Shown here: piece by piece, positions 1 to 10,047 of the stretch
How positions within the stretch are numbered: position 1 is the stretch's first letter
Layout: each line of letters begins with the position of its first letter
Origin: Patescibacteria group bacterium
GTDB lineage: Bacteria; Patescibacteriota; WWE3; JAUXAW01; JAYEID01
NCBI GenBank assembly: GCA_048621635.1
Contig: JBMCWH010000003.1
Span: 1-63,760 of the forward strand
Reading direction: 5' to 3'
DNA length: 63,760 nt
Notes under the pieces: model-generated
Databases searched by the model: none
The model's input: the letters and a program-made list of their open reading frames with translations, nothing else
Told to the model about the DNA's origin: nothing
Position numbers and translations under genes: made by a program

Positions 1-45
1 GAAAGCTGATTGTCGAGAGCTGTAATGTGTTAAAATTAAGTACGT

Positions 46-1827
46 ATGGCAGGTGATCCTGTTCGCGAAATAAAGGAAAAGATTGACATTGTGGATTTTA
101 TTTCTCAGTATGTGGATTTGAAAAAATCTGGTAAGAATTATAAGGCTTTGTGTCCTTTCCATAACGAGAAAACTCCTTCCTTCATGGTTTCTCCTGATTT
201 GCAAATTTGGAAATGTTTTGGGTGTGGTAAAGCTGGTGATATTTTTTCCTTCCTTATGGAGTTTGAAGGTATTGACTTCCGAGAAGCTTTGGAATCTTTA
301 GCTGAAAAAGCTGATGTTGAACTGACTTCTTATACTCCGTCCCCCCGTGAGGAGCGACGCAAAAAGCTTTATGAGTTAAATGACTTAGCTATGCGTTTTT
401 TTCATTACTTATTAACTGAACACAAACTTGGAGAGAATGCTTTAGAATACGCTTTATCGGAGCGCGGTTTATCTGAGGAACTTGTCAGAACTTTTCAGCT
501 TGGTTATGCTCCTGATTCTTGGTCTAGTCTGTCCGAATTTCTTTTGAGTAAGGATTATACTCGTTCAGATATCGTAAGTGCTGGTTTGGCTATTTCCAAG
601 GAGGACGGGAAGAAATTTTACGATCGCTTTCGGGGTAGGTTAATATTTCCTTTGCGTGATGTACGTGGTCGCTGTGTAGGGTTTTCTGGGCGTGTTATTA
701 ACAAGGATACTGGTCCTAAATATCTTAACATTCCGGAAACCCCTGTGTTTAAGAAACGTGCTTTCTTGTACGGTCTTTACGAGGCAAGAAAGTATATTCG
801 TCGTGAAGAACATGCACTGGTCGTGGAAGGGCCTACGGATTTGCTTTCTCCTTTTGATCAGGGTTATAAAAATATAGTTGCTGCACAAGGCACTTCGTTA
901 ACTTCTGGGCAAATTAGACTTTTGAAGCGATACACTGATGATGTTTTAATTTGTTTCGATACGGATTTAGCCGGCAACGAAGCTGCCCGGAGAGGTATAA
1001 CTCTTGCGGAAAAAGGTGATCTAAATGTTCACGTGATTTTGTTACCTGACAAATATAAAGATCCGGATGAATGTGTTCGCAACGATTTGCAAGCTTGGGA
1101 AGAGGTACTTGCTAATCCTGTTTCTGTTTACGATTTTTACTTTCGCTTAGCGCAGGATAAATATGATCAATACGATCCTGTGGGAAAGAAAAAAATTTCT
1201 CAGGAGCTTTTACCAATTATTAGAGATATTCCTGATGCTATTGAGCAGGCACATTATATTGAAAAATTGGCTAAATTACTTTCTGTTGATAAAACCGTTG
1301 TCCGCCAAGCGTTGGAAAAACGTAACCAACCCTCTGGTCAGGCGGATCGTGGGCGGCAAGACCCTGTTGACCGTGTGTTAAATGCATCTGCTAACCACGG
1401 ATATCCGGAGAAGGAATACTATATGCTAAGGCTTCTGCTTCTCGGTTCCTTGAGTCATGTTAAATCTATAGTGCATAGATTAGGACGAAAGGACTTTTCT
1501 CATCGTGCTCTTCGTGAATTTTTTAGTATTCTGAAAAAGTATATCCAAGCTACTGAAGACTTTCAGATTAGTGAGTTTCGTGATAAAATAGAAAACAACG
1601 AGGATTTGTTAAACATTTTGGAAAGGCTTGTCTTTTTTGAACTTCCTCTGTCCCGCAGTCAGATTGAAGATGAGTTGGAAGGCACGTTGCAGAAATTAAA
1701 GGTGGGGCGGACAAAGAGACGTCTTAATGAGATTCAGAAAGAGATAAAGAGGAGGGAGCAGGAAGGCGACCTTGAAGAAGTAAAGGAACTTCAAAAGAAG
1801 TTTCAGGACCTGTCTAGAAAGTTATAA
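46..1827 (+). CDS. dnaG: DNA primase DnaG
   Basis: 593-aa ORF with an N-terminal CHC2 zinc finger (CPFHNEKTPSF..CFGCG) and TOPRIM motifs (EGPTDLL, DTDLAG). rpoD starts 4 nt downstream, as in the classic dnaG-rpoD arrangement. Confidence 0.95.
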   Translation: MAGDPVREIKEKIDIVDFISQYVDLKKSGKNYKALCPFHNEKTPSFMVSPDLQIWKCFGCGKAGDIFSFLMEFEGIDFREALESLAEKADVELTSYTPSPREERRKKLYELNDLAMRFFHYLLTEHKLGENALEYALSERGLSEELVRTFQLGYAPDSWSSLSEFLLSKDYTRSDIVSAGLAISKEDGKKFYDRFRGRLIFPLRDVRGRCVGFSGRVINKDTGPKYLNIPETPVFKKRAFLYGLYEARKYIRREEHALVVEGPTDLLSPFDQGYKNIVAAQGTSLTSGQIRLLKRYTDDVLICFDTDLAGNEAARRGITLAEKGDLNVHVILLPDKYKDPDECVRNDLQAWEEVLANPVSVYDFYFRLAQDKYDQYDPVGKKKISQELLPIIRDIPDAIEQAHYIEKLAKLLSVDKTVVRQALEKRNQPSGQADRGRQDPVDRVLNASANHGYPEKEYYMLRLLLLGSLSHVKSIVHRLGRKDFSHRALREFFSILKKYIQATEDFQISEFRDKIENNEDLLNILERLVFFELPLSRSQIEDELEGTLQKLKVGRTKRRLNEIQKEIKRREQEGDLEEVKELQKKFQDLSRKL

Positions 1828-1830
1828 GTT

Positions 1831-2898
1831 ATGAATGACCTTCGAGAACACCCTGGTGTACAAGATTTAATTGAAAAAGGCCGCAAAGATGGTTATGTTA
1901 CTCAGGAGGAGATTTTGGCTGTTTTTCCGGAAGCGGAAAAGGATTTAGAGCTTTTGGATGAGATTTATACCCTTTTTGTAGAGGAAGAGATCGATGTTTT
2001 GGACGAGCCAGATGAGGGGAAGACAAAGGAAGAAATTGAAGATGAATTAAATTTGGATGAGAAAAGAGATGTCTCTGATCCTGTGCGCATGTATTTTAAG
2101 GAAATTGGTAAGGTCTCTCTTTTAACTGCGGAGGAAGAAGTAGAATTGGCTAAACGGATTGAAAAAGGTGAGGAGGAAGCAAGACAAAAACTTACCCAGG
2201 CTAATTTGCGCTTGGTGGTTTCTATTGCCAAAAAGTATACAGGGCGGGGTTTGTCTTTTCTTGATCTTATTCAGGAAGGTAATATCGGGTTGATGCGGGC
2301 AGTAGAGAAATTTGATTGGCGACGGGGTTATAAATTCTCTACCTATGCAACCTGGTGGATTCGCCAAGGCGTAACCCGCGCAATTGCAGACCAGGCTCGC
2401 ACTATTCGTATTCCTGTTCATATGACAGAAACTATGAACAAGTATAAGCGGGTTGCTAGAGAATTGGAACAAGAGTTAGGACGTGAACCTGAACCAGAGG
2501 AGGTAGCGGAGGAGTTGGAGGATGTTGATTTGGAGAAGGCGCGGCAAATTGTGAGAATTCGTAGGAAACCAGCTTCTATTGAAGCGCCGGTAGGTGAGGA
2601 GAAGGATTCTCGCTTGAAAGACTTCCTTCCGGATGAGGAAACTGCTTCTCCTGAGGAGATTGCGTTTACTACATCTTTGCGTGATCGCATTAGAGAGGTT
2701 CTTTCCTCTCTAGATCCTCGCGAACGCAAAGTTTTGGAATTGCGCTTTGGCTTGGAAGATGGGCGTATGCGAACTTTGGAGGAGGTAGGTAAGGAATTTA
2801 ATGTTACTCGTGAACGAATTAGACAGATTGAGGCTAAAGCACTGCGCCGTCTTCGCCATCCTTCTCGAGCCAAGAAACTCAAGGGCTTTTCTCACTAA
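1831..2898 (+). CDS. rpoD: RNA polymerase sigma-70 factor RpoD
   Basis: 355 aa with an acidic N-terminus. Region 2 is present ([26 protein letters not shown]), as are regions 3 and 4 ([20 protein letters not shown]). Confidence 0.95.
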   Translation: MNDLREHPGVQDLIEKGRKDGYVTQEEILAVFPEAEKDLELLDEIYTLFVEEEIDVLDEPDEGKTKEEIEDELNLDEKRDVSDPVRMYFKEIGKVSLLTAEEEVELAKRIEKGEEEARQKLTQANLRLVVSIAKKYTGRGLSFLDLIQEGNIGLMRAVEKFDWRRGYKFSTYATWWIRQGVTRAIADQARTIRIPVHMTETMNKYKRVARELEQELGREPEPEEVAEELEDVDLEKARQIVRIRRKPASIEAPVGEEKDSRLKDFLPDEETASPEEIAFTTSLRDRIREVLSSLDPRERKVLELRFGLEDGRMRTLEEVGKEFNVTRERIRQIEAKALRRLRHPSRAKKLKGFSH

Positions 2899-2980
2899 CT
2901 AAAATTTAGTTTAGCTCTTTCCTGTGTCAAGTTAGTTTTGGTGGAAAAAGTGCTGTTTTTGATGTATACTATTAACATAA

Positions 2981-3055
2981 TCCGGGGTGGCGCAGCGGTA
3001 GCGCGCGGGCCTGTTAAGCCCTAGGTCGTGGGTTCGAATCCCACCCCCGGAGCCA
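2981..3055 (+). tRNA. tRNA-Asn (anticodon GTT), CCA encoded
   Basis: Hand-folded cloverleaf: acceptor TCCGGGG/CCCCGGA, D stem GCGC/GCGC, anticodon loop CTGTTAA, T arm GTGGG-TTCGAAT-CCCAC, discriminator G followed by CCA. Confidence 0.9.
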
Positions 3056-3125
3056 TGAACCCGACGTGGTTCATGCAGTGTACCCCACGTGGTACACTGC
3101 AGTGAACTCAACGTAGTTCACTGCA
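3056..3125 (+). repeat. Three tandem hairpins immediately 3' of tRNA-Asn, with a shared loop motif C-N-ACGT
   Basis: The hairpins are TGAACC-cgacgt-GGTTCA, TGCAGTGTACC-ccacgt-GGTACACTGCA and TGCAGTGAACT-caacgt-AGTTCACTGCA. The stems differ but the loops are conserved. No T-tract follows. Confidence 0.7.
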
Positions 3126-3396
3126 TAAACAACTGCCATTCTTCATGTTAAACTCAAGTAATGTTTTACGTTTACGTTCTTCTAAGTTTAAAAATCTACA
3201 AGTTTTTACATTAGTTTTGCTACTAGATTAAAAAAACGTGTTAAAAAATATAGCCGGAGTGAAAGTACTTCTGTGTCTAAAAGACTGTTGCCGGAATTGA
3301 TTTAGTGTGGAATCCAAGGTGTTTAGGGACTTTACGTTTTTCATTTTTTTGTTAAATTTAAACAGTAAGCAATTGATAAATTAGTAAAAAATTTTT

Positions 3397-3972
3397 ATGA
3401 ATAAAAAAATAATAATTCTTGTTATTGCAGCGCTATTAATAGGTGCAGCGGGAGGGTATTTTGTGTCCGACACGCTGAAAGAAATGGGTGAGGATATTAC
3501 TGACGAAGAAGCTCTTGTGAAAGAAGAACCGGAGGAAATTGAAGAAGCGGAAGAGGTTGAAGAAGAAGCAACTTCTGAAAAAGATCAAGAAGTCACTGAT
3601 TTATATGAAGAGGATGAGGAAATTACTCCCATTTCTGACAAGATTGTTGAATTTGACGAAGACATGAGGAAAGTTCTCGCGGAAATGGATTTCGAAAATG
3701 AACCTAAATTGGTAAGTTCCAGTGGTATTACTCCTATTACTTATGTTGTAGATCGACCTCTTACAGTTGAAGATGCACAGATAGCTTACGATACGTTCAA
3801 AAATATGGAGAACTACGAAATAGAAAACACAGACTCCGATGCTGAAAGATACGAAATATCGCTTTCCGGAGAGGTTGCTGGCGAGGAATACACAGGCAAT
3901 CTTTATGTAAACTTCTGGTTTACAAAAGAAGGAGAAGAGAATGCTCAAAAAATTGTGGTCAAGACATTATAG
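3397..3972 (+). CDS. Hypothetical membrane-anchored acidic protein
   Basis: 191-aa ORF with one N-terminal TM helix (IIILVIAALLIGAAGGYFV), then a Glu-rich linker and a globular C-terminal part. I recognise no family. Confidence 0.5.
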   Translation: MNKKIIILVIAALLIGAAGGYFVSDTLKEMGEDITDEEALVKEEPEEIEEAEEVEEEATSEKDQEVTDLYEEDEEITPISDKIVEFDEDMRKVLAEMDFENEPKLVSSSGITPITYVVDRPLTVEDAQIAYDTFKNMENYEIENTDSDAERYEISLSGEVAGEEYTGNLYVNFWFTKEGEENAQKIVVKTL

Positions 3973-4029
3973 ACTTGTTTTGGTTTGAGTAAGGATTTTA
4001 TAAGGTCACCTCGCTTTTATTAAGAATAA

Positions 4030-4140
4030 GGAAAATCGATTATAATAGCTAAGTCTTCAGATGGGTGTGGGGCAGGATTTAATGTCTTTTTGGCGGCAAA
4101 GAAAGTCGGGAAGAAGGGTAGGGTAATTGGTGTTGATATC
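4030..4140 (+). pseudogene. Remnant of a class I SAM-dependent methyltransferase (ArsM/UbiE-like motif I only)
   Basis: The in-frame translation DGCGAGFNVFLAAKKVGKKGRVIGVDIT matches the SAM-binding motif I/post-I region. An in-frame stop lies at 4027-4029, there is no N-terminal part, and the downstream sequence has no methyltransferase motifs. Confidence 0.5.
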
Positions 4141-4514
4141 ACAATTCATAAAACAACCCCAGGGTTTCTTAAAGACTTTACTAAAAGTATTACTTTTTCA
4201 GCATTCAAAAGATACTTTTATGGAAACAAAAAAAGGCCGATTTTTTTTGAGCAGAACAAAATTTTTCGTGCCCCTTTGGCTGTGGGCGGAATTGGCAGTT
4301 GGTGTGTTTACAAACTGGGGTAGTTGAATAGAACAGTTTTTATTTATAAATTTAACAGATTACTGCTTTCTCTTGCCACATATTCCGAATATTCCGGACA
4401 TGCCCTGAACCCAATGTGGTTTGGGGTGATCAATCCAGTTAATATTTCGTATTTCCGCCAGAGGCGGACACGTATACCATTGTTGGAGCTAAATAGCTGA
4501 TGTATAATAACTAA

Positions 4515-5138
4515 ATGGAGATAGAAGAATATGTATTTCCTAAAGTATCTGCTCTCTATTGCTATAGGTTTTTGCTCCTTTTTCTTTTTTTGATTTTATT
4601 ACCAATAATAGATGGATTGGAATATTTGATCATTATTAAAGTTTTGATTTTGATAGGGGTTTTACTCGTTTTTGATTTTTTGATGAGGGAGATTATTATT
4701 TCTAAATTTTCTCCCACACTTTTGTATTTGTTTTCCGTAATAATTCCTTCAGCTATGATAGGTTATACTTCGGCTGATTTTTTGTTAAATACAACTGAAC
4801 TAAATTTTGTTAATTTATTGAAGGGGTATTTTGCTTTTGTTAATTATATATCAGCAATTCCGGACATTATGGCGTTAATTGGAATTGTTTCGGGTGGATT
4901 AATGTTAGCCCCTTTTTTTGAAAAGTTTTTTAAGGATTTTGTTAAGCCGAAGAAAATAAAATATATCTTAAATAATGATATTAAATTTATCTTAATATTG
5001 GCAGCTAGCCTTTTGTTTTACTTCTATTCTGGTAATTGGAGCCAAACTTATTTTTTAAGTTATGGAATTTTAAACACTATTTATTCTCGAATAACAATTG
5101 GATTGTGGAAAAAGGTTTTTTCAGGGGTTCAAACCTGA
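4515..5138 (+). CDS. Hypothetical polytopic membrane protein
   Basis: 207-aa, very AT-rich ORF with about 6 hydrophobic segments. No family recognised. Confidence 0.45.
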   Translation: MEIEEYVFPKVSALYCYRFLLLFLFLILLPIIDGLEYLIIIKVLILIGVLLVFDFLMREIIISKFSPTLLYLFSVIIPSAMIGYTSADFLLNTTELNFVNLLKGYFAFVNYISAIPDIMALIGIVSGGLMLAPFFEKFFKDFVKPKKIKYILNNDIKFILILAASLLFYFYSGNWSQTYFLSYGILNTIYSRITIGLWKKVFSGVQT

Positions 5139-5503
5139 CTTTTTAGAAAGCCTGGTGAGCGTAATTAGTTCGAACTTCGTTTAGTATGAGGTCCTAAAAT
5201 GACATAAAACTTATGGGTATTATTGCTTGGGTATTCCGTATGATTATGATTCTGCAATAGTGTTTTAAACCTTATTTTATCGGAGGGTATTGTAATTACG
5301 GAATGTAATATAGTGAGTTGAAGGGGGAACTTAAGCATTTAAATGCACTTCATTTTAGTTGCCCAAGTAATCTTCTAACAATTTTTTTGTTCGAGCATGC
5401 CATGTGCTAAATGGTGCTGTGGTAGTGTCCAAGCGGGGAAGTTTTAGATTTGCTACAATGAGACTACAAAACTTTATTTTTTTTAATAAAGCCTGATAGA
5501 TTA

Positions 5504-5779
5504 ATGAATAATAAGCCCAAATTTTCAAAAATTTTATTATTATTAAGTTTATATTATTTTCTTGGTTTTTTTATTTTAATGTATTTTGTTTATACATCCT
5601 CTTGTGATTGTCCTTATATTATTGATTATGCTCCTGATTGCTATTGTCCAGATAAAAAAACTATTTTCATTCATCTATTAAAATTACCGATATCGTCTGT
5701 TGAATTTTGGCTTTGGCAACACATTTGGCCTTTTCTTTTGTTTCAAAATGAAGTAAATACTTTTATTAATTATTTGTAA
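5504..5779 (+). CDS. Hypothetical small membrane protein with a Cys motif (SSCDCPY..APDCYCPD)
   Basis: 91-aa ORF with an N-terminal TM helix. No family recognised. Confidence 0.35.
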   Translation: MNNKPKFSKILLLLSLYYFLGFFILMYFVYTSSCDCPYIIDYAPDCYCPDKKTIFIHLLKLPISSVEFWLWQHIWPFLLFQNEVNTFINYL

Positions 5780-5923
5780 TTATAACTAGTCCGAACTTCG
5801 TGCCGCAGTACCATTCGGTGCACGGTAAAGCACTAAGGGGGAGCTGGTCGGCTATTAATTGAATTGAGCTATCCTCTAACAGTGTTTTAAGAGTTTCTTT
5901 TAATTTTTGGTATCATTAAAAAT

Positions 5924-6175
5924 ATGAAACAACTTCTTGATTCTAGAAGGATTCTAAAGATTACAGCAATAACTTTAGTTTCTTTTGCTTTAATGATTCT
6001 TTTAGGCTATTTGTTTATAATAAGCTGCAGATTACATTTTCTTCCTTGGTGTGTGTATACAACTAATTGCTATGGTCGGCGTTCTTGCATAGGAAATTCT
6101 TGTATAATGTGGTCCTGCCCGCATTATGAAAATGTAGTGGTGAGGAATGTTCTTCAATGGATGGGCCGCTGGTAA
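5924..6175 (+). CDS. Hypothetical small Cys-rich membrane-anchored protein
   Basis: 83-aa ORF with one TM helix and then 7 Cys residues. Coding status is uncertain. Confidence 0.25.
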   Translation: MKQLLDSRRILKITAITLVSFALMILLGYLFIISCRLHFLPWCVYTTNCYGRRSCIGNSCIMWSCPHYENVVVRNVLQWMGRW

Positions 6176-6236
6176 GTTTTGGTTAAATTTCAAATTTCGT
6201 TTACTAAAGGCAGCAAGGGGATTTTTATTGTAGTAA

Positions 6237-6556
6237 TTAATGGTCCATCTGCTCCCATTCCAAATTCTTCCTGCCAAAATGGCCATTCTTAGCTAGGTCG
6301 GTGTAAATTGGGTTTCGTAAATTAAAACGTTCTATGATAGCAAGGGGACGGCAGTCATAGTCGAAAGCTACTTCCTTGCCGTCTGCATAAGCACTTTTAA
6401 TAAGGGGCTTGTCATGGCCGATAACATAACCAAGTTTTATAATTACTTCATCGGCACTGTATTTGTTTAAAAGTTGTAGTGTAATCCAACGGGCCATGTA
6501 TGCGGCCGACCTATCTACTTTCGTTGGGTCTTTACCTGAAAATGCACCGCCGCCAA
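6237..6556 (-). pseudogene. metK: 3' fragment of S-adenosylmethionine synthetase (metK), with the N-terminal two thirds missing
   Basis: The minus-strand translation reads ..GGGAFSGKDPTKVDRSAAYMARW...NPIYTDLAKNGHFGR..LEWE. This covers the conserved MetK P-loop-like motif through to the C-terminus. Sequence upstream of about 6556 is AT-rich and shows no MetK similarity. Confidence 0.8.
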
Positions 6557-6691
6557 TCGGCGTTAAAACAAATATTTTAAATATTGAATAGATATATTTC
6601 GATATATGCTATAATTCTCGGGTTATTATTGAACCCAGTTATTGATTTATTAGTTAGATGTTGGATAGATATCTAACTGCAATTTTTACTA

Positions 6692-7585
6692 ATGACAAAA
6701 AAATTTAAAACAATTTTATACTTAGCCGCATTATGTTTATTAGGATTTGTTGGTGTGGTTTTCTTTATGTCATATGGAAATATTTTTACAGATACCCCTG
6801 ATATAACCCCTGTACCGGAATCTTCAACATCAACTCCATTACCTAGTGAGGAAGATTCCCCAGAACCGCTTAACCCCCTACCTTCAGAAGATTCGGAAAC
6901 GCTTCCCGATAAACCTGATGATCAGTTACCTAAGGTAGCAATAATTATTGATGACCTGGGGAATAGTGCAACTATTAATAAATCAATAAATGAAATTTCT
7001 GTCCCTTTGACGCTGGCTATTCTTCCTTTTAGATTACATACGGGGGATGCCGTGAATTATTTTTCGGGAACTAATAGATTTGAACTAATACTTCACATGC
7101 CAATGGAACCATTATCAGAAGAAGAGAAGGAAGAAAATATGCTAATGGAAAATATGAGTGAAGCACAAATCGAGGCAATGCTTGATGAGGCATTTTCACA
7201 AATGGGTAATTCTATTTTGGGGATGAACAATCACAAAGGATCATTTTTTACTTCTGATAGAGAAAAGATGAGCATAATACTAAATGTGTTGAAAAAAAGG
7301 AATCTTTACTTCCTTGATAGTTATACTTCGTCTGAGTCTGTTGGATATTCATTAGCAATGGAGATAGGAGTAAAAACGACAAGGCGACATGTGTTTCTTG
7401 ATGGACAAAATAATGAGGAATACATAAGAGAAAAGTTGTATGAAACTGTTCGTCAGGCTGAAGAAGATGGTTACGCAGTTGCTATTGGACATGCCAAGGA
7501 AAATACAATCAAAGTTCTGAGAGAAGAAGAACCGTATTTGCTAAGCAGAGTTAATTTCGTAAAAACTTCTCAAGTTGTTAGGTAG
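6692..7585 (+). CDS. Divergent polysaccharide deacetylase (YibQ-like)
   Basis: 297 aa with an N-terminal TM helix and a Pro/Ser/Glu linker. Family motifs present: VAIIIDDLGN, LAILPF, LHMPMEP, GMNNHKGS. Confidence 0.75.
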   Translation: MTKKFKTILYLAALCLLGFVGVVFFMSYGNIFTDTPDITPVPESSTSTPLPSEEDSPEPLNPLPSEDSETLPDKPDDQLPKVAIIIDDLGNSATINKSINEISVPLTLAILPFRLHTGDAVNYFSGTNRFELILHMPMEPLSEEEKEENMLMENMSEAQIEAMLDEAFSQMGNSILGMNNHKGSFFTSDREKMSIILNVLKKRNLYFLDSYTSSESVGYSLAMEIGVKTTRRHVFLDGQNNEEYIREKLYETVRQAEEDGYAVAIGHAKENTIKVLREEEPYLLSRVNFVKTSQVVR

Positions 7586-7984
7586 ACTAGTCCGAATTCT
7601 TTGTCTCCAGAATCAGCCAGTTAGCAGAGCAACCTACCTTGGCGGTTATTGATAATTCTATTAGTTTTTTTTAAAATTTCCTGCTTTGCTTAGGAATTCA
7701 ATACAAGGGGAAAGCCAATTCCCTTCCGTCTTTAATTTAGGTGTTTTTTTTATCTTTTTCTGTAGGCTGGCACAGAAAAAGACCTGATGAAGGGTTTTGA
7801 GTTTCCCTTGCTACCTATTTTGTATATTTTAGGTATGTCCTAAACTGTACTTTTATCGTGTCCCAAACCTTGTTCTGGTAATGCGATGTTCTAGTTTGGA
7901 TGGTAATCCTTTGTATGTACTTCGACAGGCTCAGGGCAAAGATACCATTACTGGCGTAAGGTATTTTTTGATATACTAAGATGT

Positions 7985-8587
7985 ATGAGTAGCTATTCTT
8001 TTATCTCTGTAGATTTACAAAATGTCTTTGCTTCTGAAGGTGGTAAGGGTTACACACCCAAATCTTCGGTTGGATTTCTAAAAAGCAAGCTTTTTCCTTA
8101 TTTTGAAAAAAAGAATATAAAAATTAATGAGATTGTGTCTGATTATAGACAGCCGCGACCTGGTGATAAGGGAGATTTATGCCATCCTGGTACTTGGGGA
8201 TACCAATCGATTGTACCGGAAAAATTGAGAAGATCTTTGTGGGTAAAATGCATGAATTCTCCAATTTGGGTAAGAGAAAATATCGGAAATGAAGATGCAG
8301 AACCTGGTCTTCCTTACCAAGATACAGCAAAGTTTGGTAAATGGTTAGAAAAAAATGTTGGGGATAGGGAAAAAGTTATTCCGGTGGTTTTTGGCCTAAC
8401 TGTTGATTGTTGTGTCCTTTCCACTTTACAAGAATTGAATTGGCGAGGGTATTACCCTTTACTTATTGAAGAAGGAACAGATCATAGAACTGGGGAAAAA
8501 GCAGACAAGCAAAAGGTTTTGGATGCTGCTATTGGGAATTGGGCTTCTGTTATAGGCTGGAAAAAATTGAAATTGACGCTTTCGTGA
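7985..8587 (+). CDS. Isochorismatase-like cysteine hydrolase family protein
   Basis: 200 aa. Contains ISVDLQNVF, CHPGTWGYQ and FGLTVDCCVLSTLQEL, where the catalytic Cys context resembles GxxTDxCV. Confidence 0.55.
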   Translation: MSSYSFISVDLQNVFASEGGKGYTPKSSVGFLKSKLFPYFEKKNIKINEIVSDYRQPRPGDKGDLCHPGTWGYQSIVPEKLRRSLWVKCMNSPIWVRENIGNEDAEPGLPYQDTAKFGKWLEKNVGDREKVIPVVFGLTVDCCVLSTLQELNWRGYYPLLIEEGTDHRTGEKADKQKVLDAAIGNWASVIGWKKLKLTLS

Positions 8588-8622
8588 ATAGTCTCGGAGC
8601 TAATATTTTCTGAGAGGTTTCG

Positions 8623-9084
8623 ATGAAAAAAAAGGATTTAAGAAAGTTTTTACTAACTTCAAACAAAGTTGGCTATGCTAGCGGAGATGAGGCAAAACAG
8701 ATTGAAGAAGAGGATGGCTCGACGACAATTGTTTTTGAACAAGGAGGTTGGAAATCCCATGATAATTACTTTGGAGGAGAGCCTTACGGTGGAAGAATAG
8801 TTGTTTTTTATAAGGATAATCCAATTTGGATAATGGTTTATTATGGTTGGGTAAAAAAGAATGCGGAAGCGGATCTTGTTTATGAATTTTTAAGGGAATC
8901 TTTGCTACAAATGCCAGAAGATTACCCGTTTCGAGGACCGCAGAAATATGAAAAAGGCAAATTTGTTTACTTAAACACTTGGCAAGGCGAGGTAGATAGA
9001 TTGTCTGGTGAGGAAGAAATTAGACAGGACAAGGAAGTTGTCTATAAGGCTAGTTATTTAGGAGGGTTTATAGACCGAAGATAG
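8623..9084 (+). CDS. Hypothetical protein (possibly DUF5680-like)
   Basis: 153-aa ORF. The pattern YASG...DGS..I.F..GGW...D.YFGGEPYGG..VV is recognised only from memory. Confidence 0.35.
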   Translation: MKKKDLRKFLLTSNKVGYASGDEAKQIEEEDGSTTIVFEQGGWKSHDNYFGGEPYGGRIVVFYKDNPIWIMVYYGWVKKNAEADLVYEFLRESLLQMPEDYPFRGPQKYEKGKFVYLNTWQGEVDRLSGEEEIRQDKEVVYKASYLGGFIDRR

Positions 9085-9291
9085 AGAAATTAACTAAGTA
9101 TGAAAATTAAGAAAAAAAATTGCTCCGAATATTTTGACAAGGAGTTTTTAGCTCTGTAATTTTAACTTTAATTTTTGATGGGAAAATCCCTTGTTGTTTT
9201 TCAATCGGAGGAAAGTAGAAGTTTCGCAATTAGCTCGAAGTAAAATTTTCTAGCAGTGCTTCTGTTTGAGAGGTAGGTTAGTGCCAGAAGA

Positions 9292-9882
9292 TTAGAAGCG
9301 AAAGGTGTCTATTAAGAAAAGTAAATCACTTTGCAACAGTTGCAGTAGTTCCATGCCCGTGAAAATCATTAAACTTCCGATTGTGAACCATTTAATTGTT
9401 GGCTTGTTGATTTTTCTTGCGAGGTAGGTAAAAATTGGTCCGAGTATAATGCCGGGCAGAGGTGTCCAGAGTAGAAACTCGAATATTTCAATAATAGAAA
9501 CAACATGTGTTTTTATATTGGAACTTATAGTGGATAGTTTTTGGGAGATGGGATTACGAGGCTGTGTTTTGGAAGGGATTGTGCTTATTAGGGAGACAGG
9601 TTTGGCATGTACACAGCGGTATCCTGAGTAAAGATCGAATTTTGTATAGCGGTAGCCGGGTTTGAGGGAACAAAGAAGACCTTCTACGTAGAAGGTTGGG
9701 TGGATGTATGTTTTCCAGGGTGTCTCTTCTTCGTTGGATTCAGCGATGGGTAGAAAAGACATGTCCCCAGAGTATTTATGTCTTAGATATTTTGATAGGA
9801 TTAACTGGTCGAAAACAATCAAAAAGTGTAGTAAAAATATTCCCAAAGCAAACACAAATAAAGCTTTTCTTATTAATTTCAT
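9292..9882 (-). CDS. Hypothetical membrane protein
   Basis: 196 aa with an N-terminal signal/TM helix and two C-terminal TM helices. Preferred over the overlapping + strand ORFs. Confidence 0.4.
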   Translation of the reverse strand: MKLIRKALFVFALGIFLLHFLIVFDQLILSKYLRHKYSGDMSFLPIAESNEEETPWKTYIHPTFYVEGLLCSLKPGYRYTKFDLYSGYRCVHAKPVSLISTIPSKTQPRNPISQKLSTISSNIKTHVVSIIEIFEFLLWTPLPGIILGPIFTYLARKINKPTIKWFTIGSLMIFTGMELLQLLQSDLLFLIDTFRF

Positions 9883-10047
9883 CTGTTCTTATTCTAGTAT
9901 AACTTGTTTGTCTTGCTTTGTTGAGCAGTTGTTCTTTCCAGGTACTTTTTACCTTTGGTTACTTACCAATGGAATCTCTAATCAGGTTATATCTTTTTTC
10001 TTGGCAACTTATCTTGAGTTTTCTGTTATACTGTAAGGTACAAAGAA

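Noticed and set aside
4090-4323. 77-aa ORF called as a gene
   Set aside because: Only its first ~17 codons (plus upstream in-frame sequence beyond a stop) resemble a methyltransferase SAM motif, and the rest is low-complexity. It is treated as a pseudogene remnant.
9704-10036. 110-aa + strand ORF
   Set aside because: It largely overlaps the more plausible minus-strand membrane protein (9292-9882) and runs into the promoter region of the next gene.
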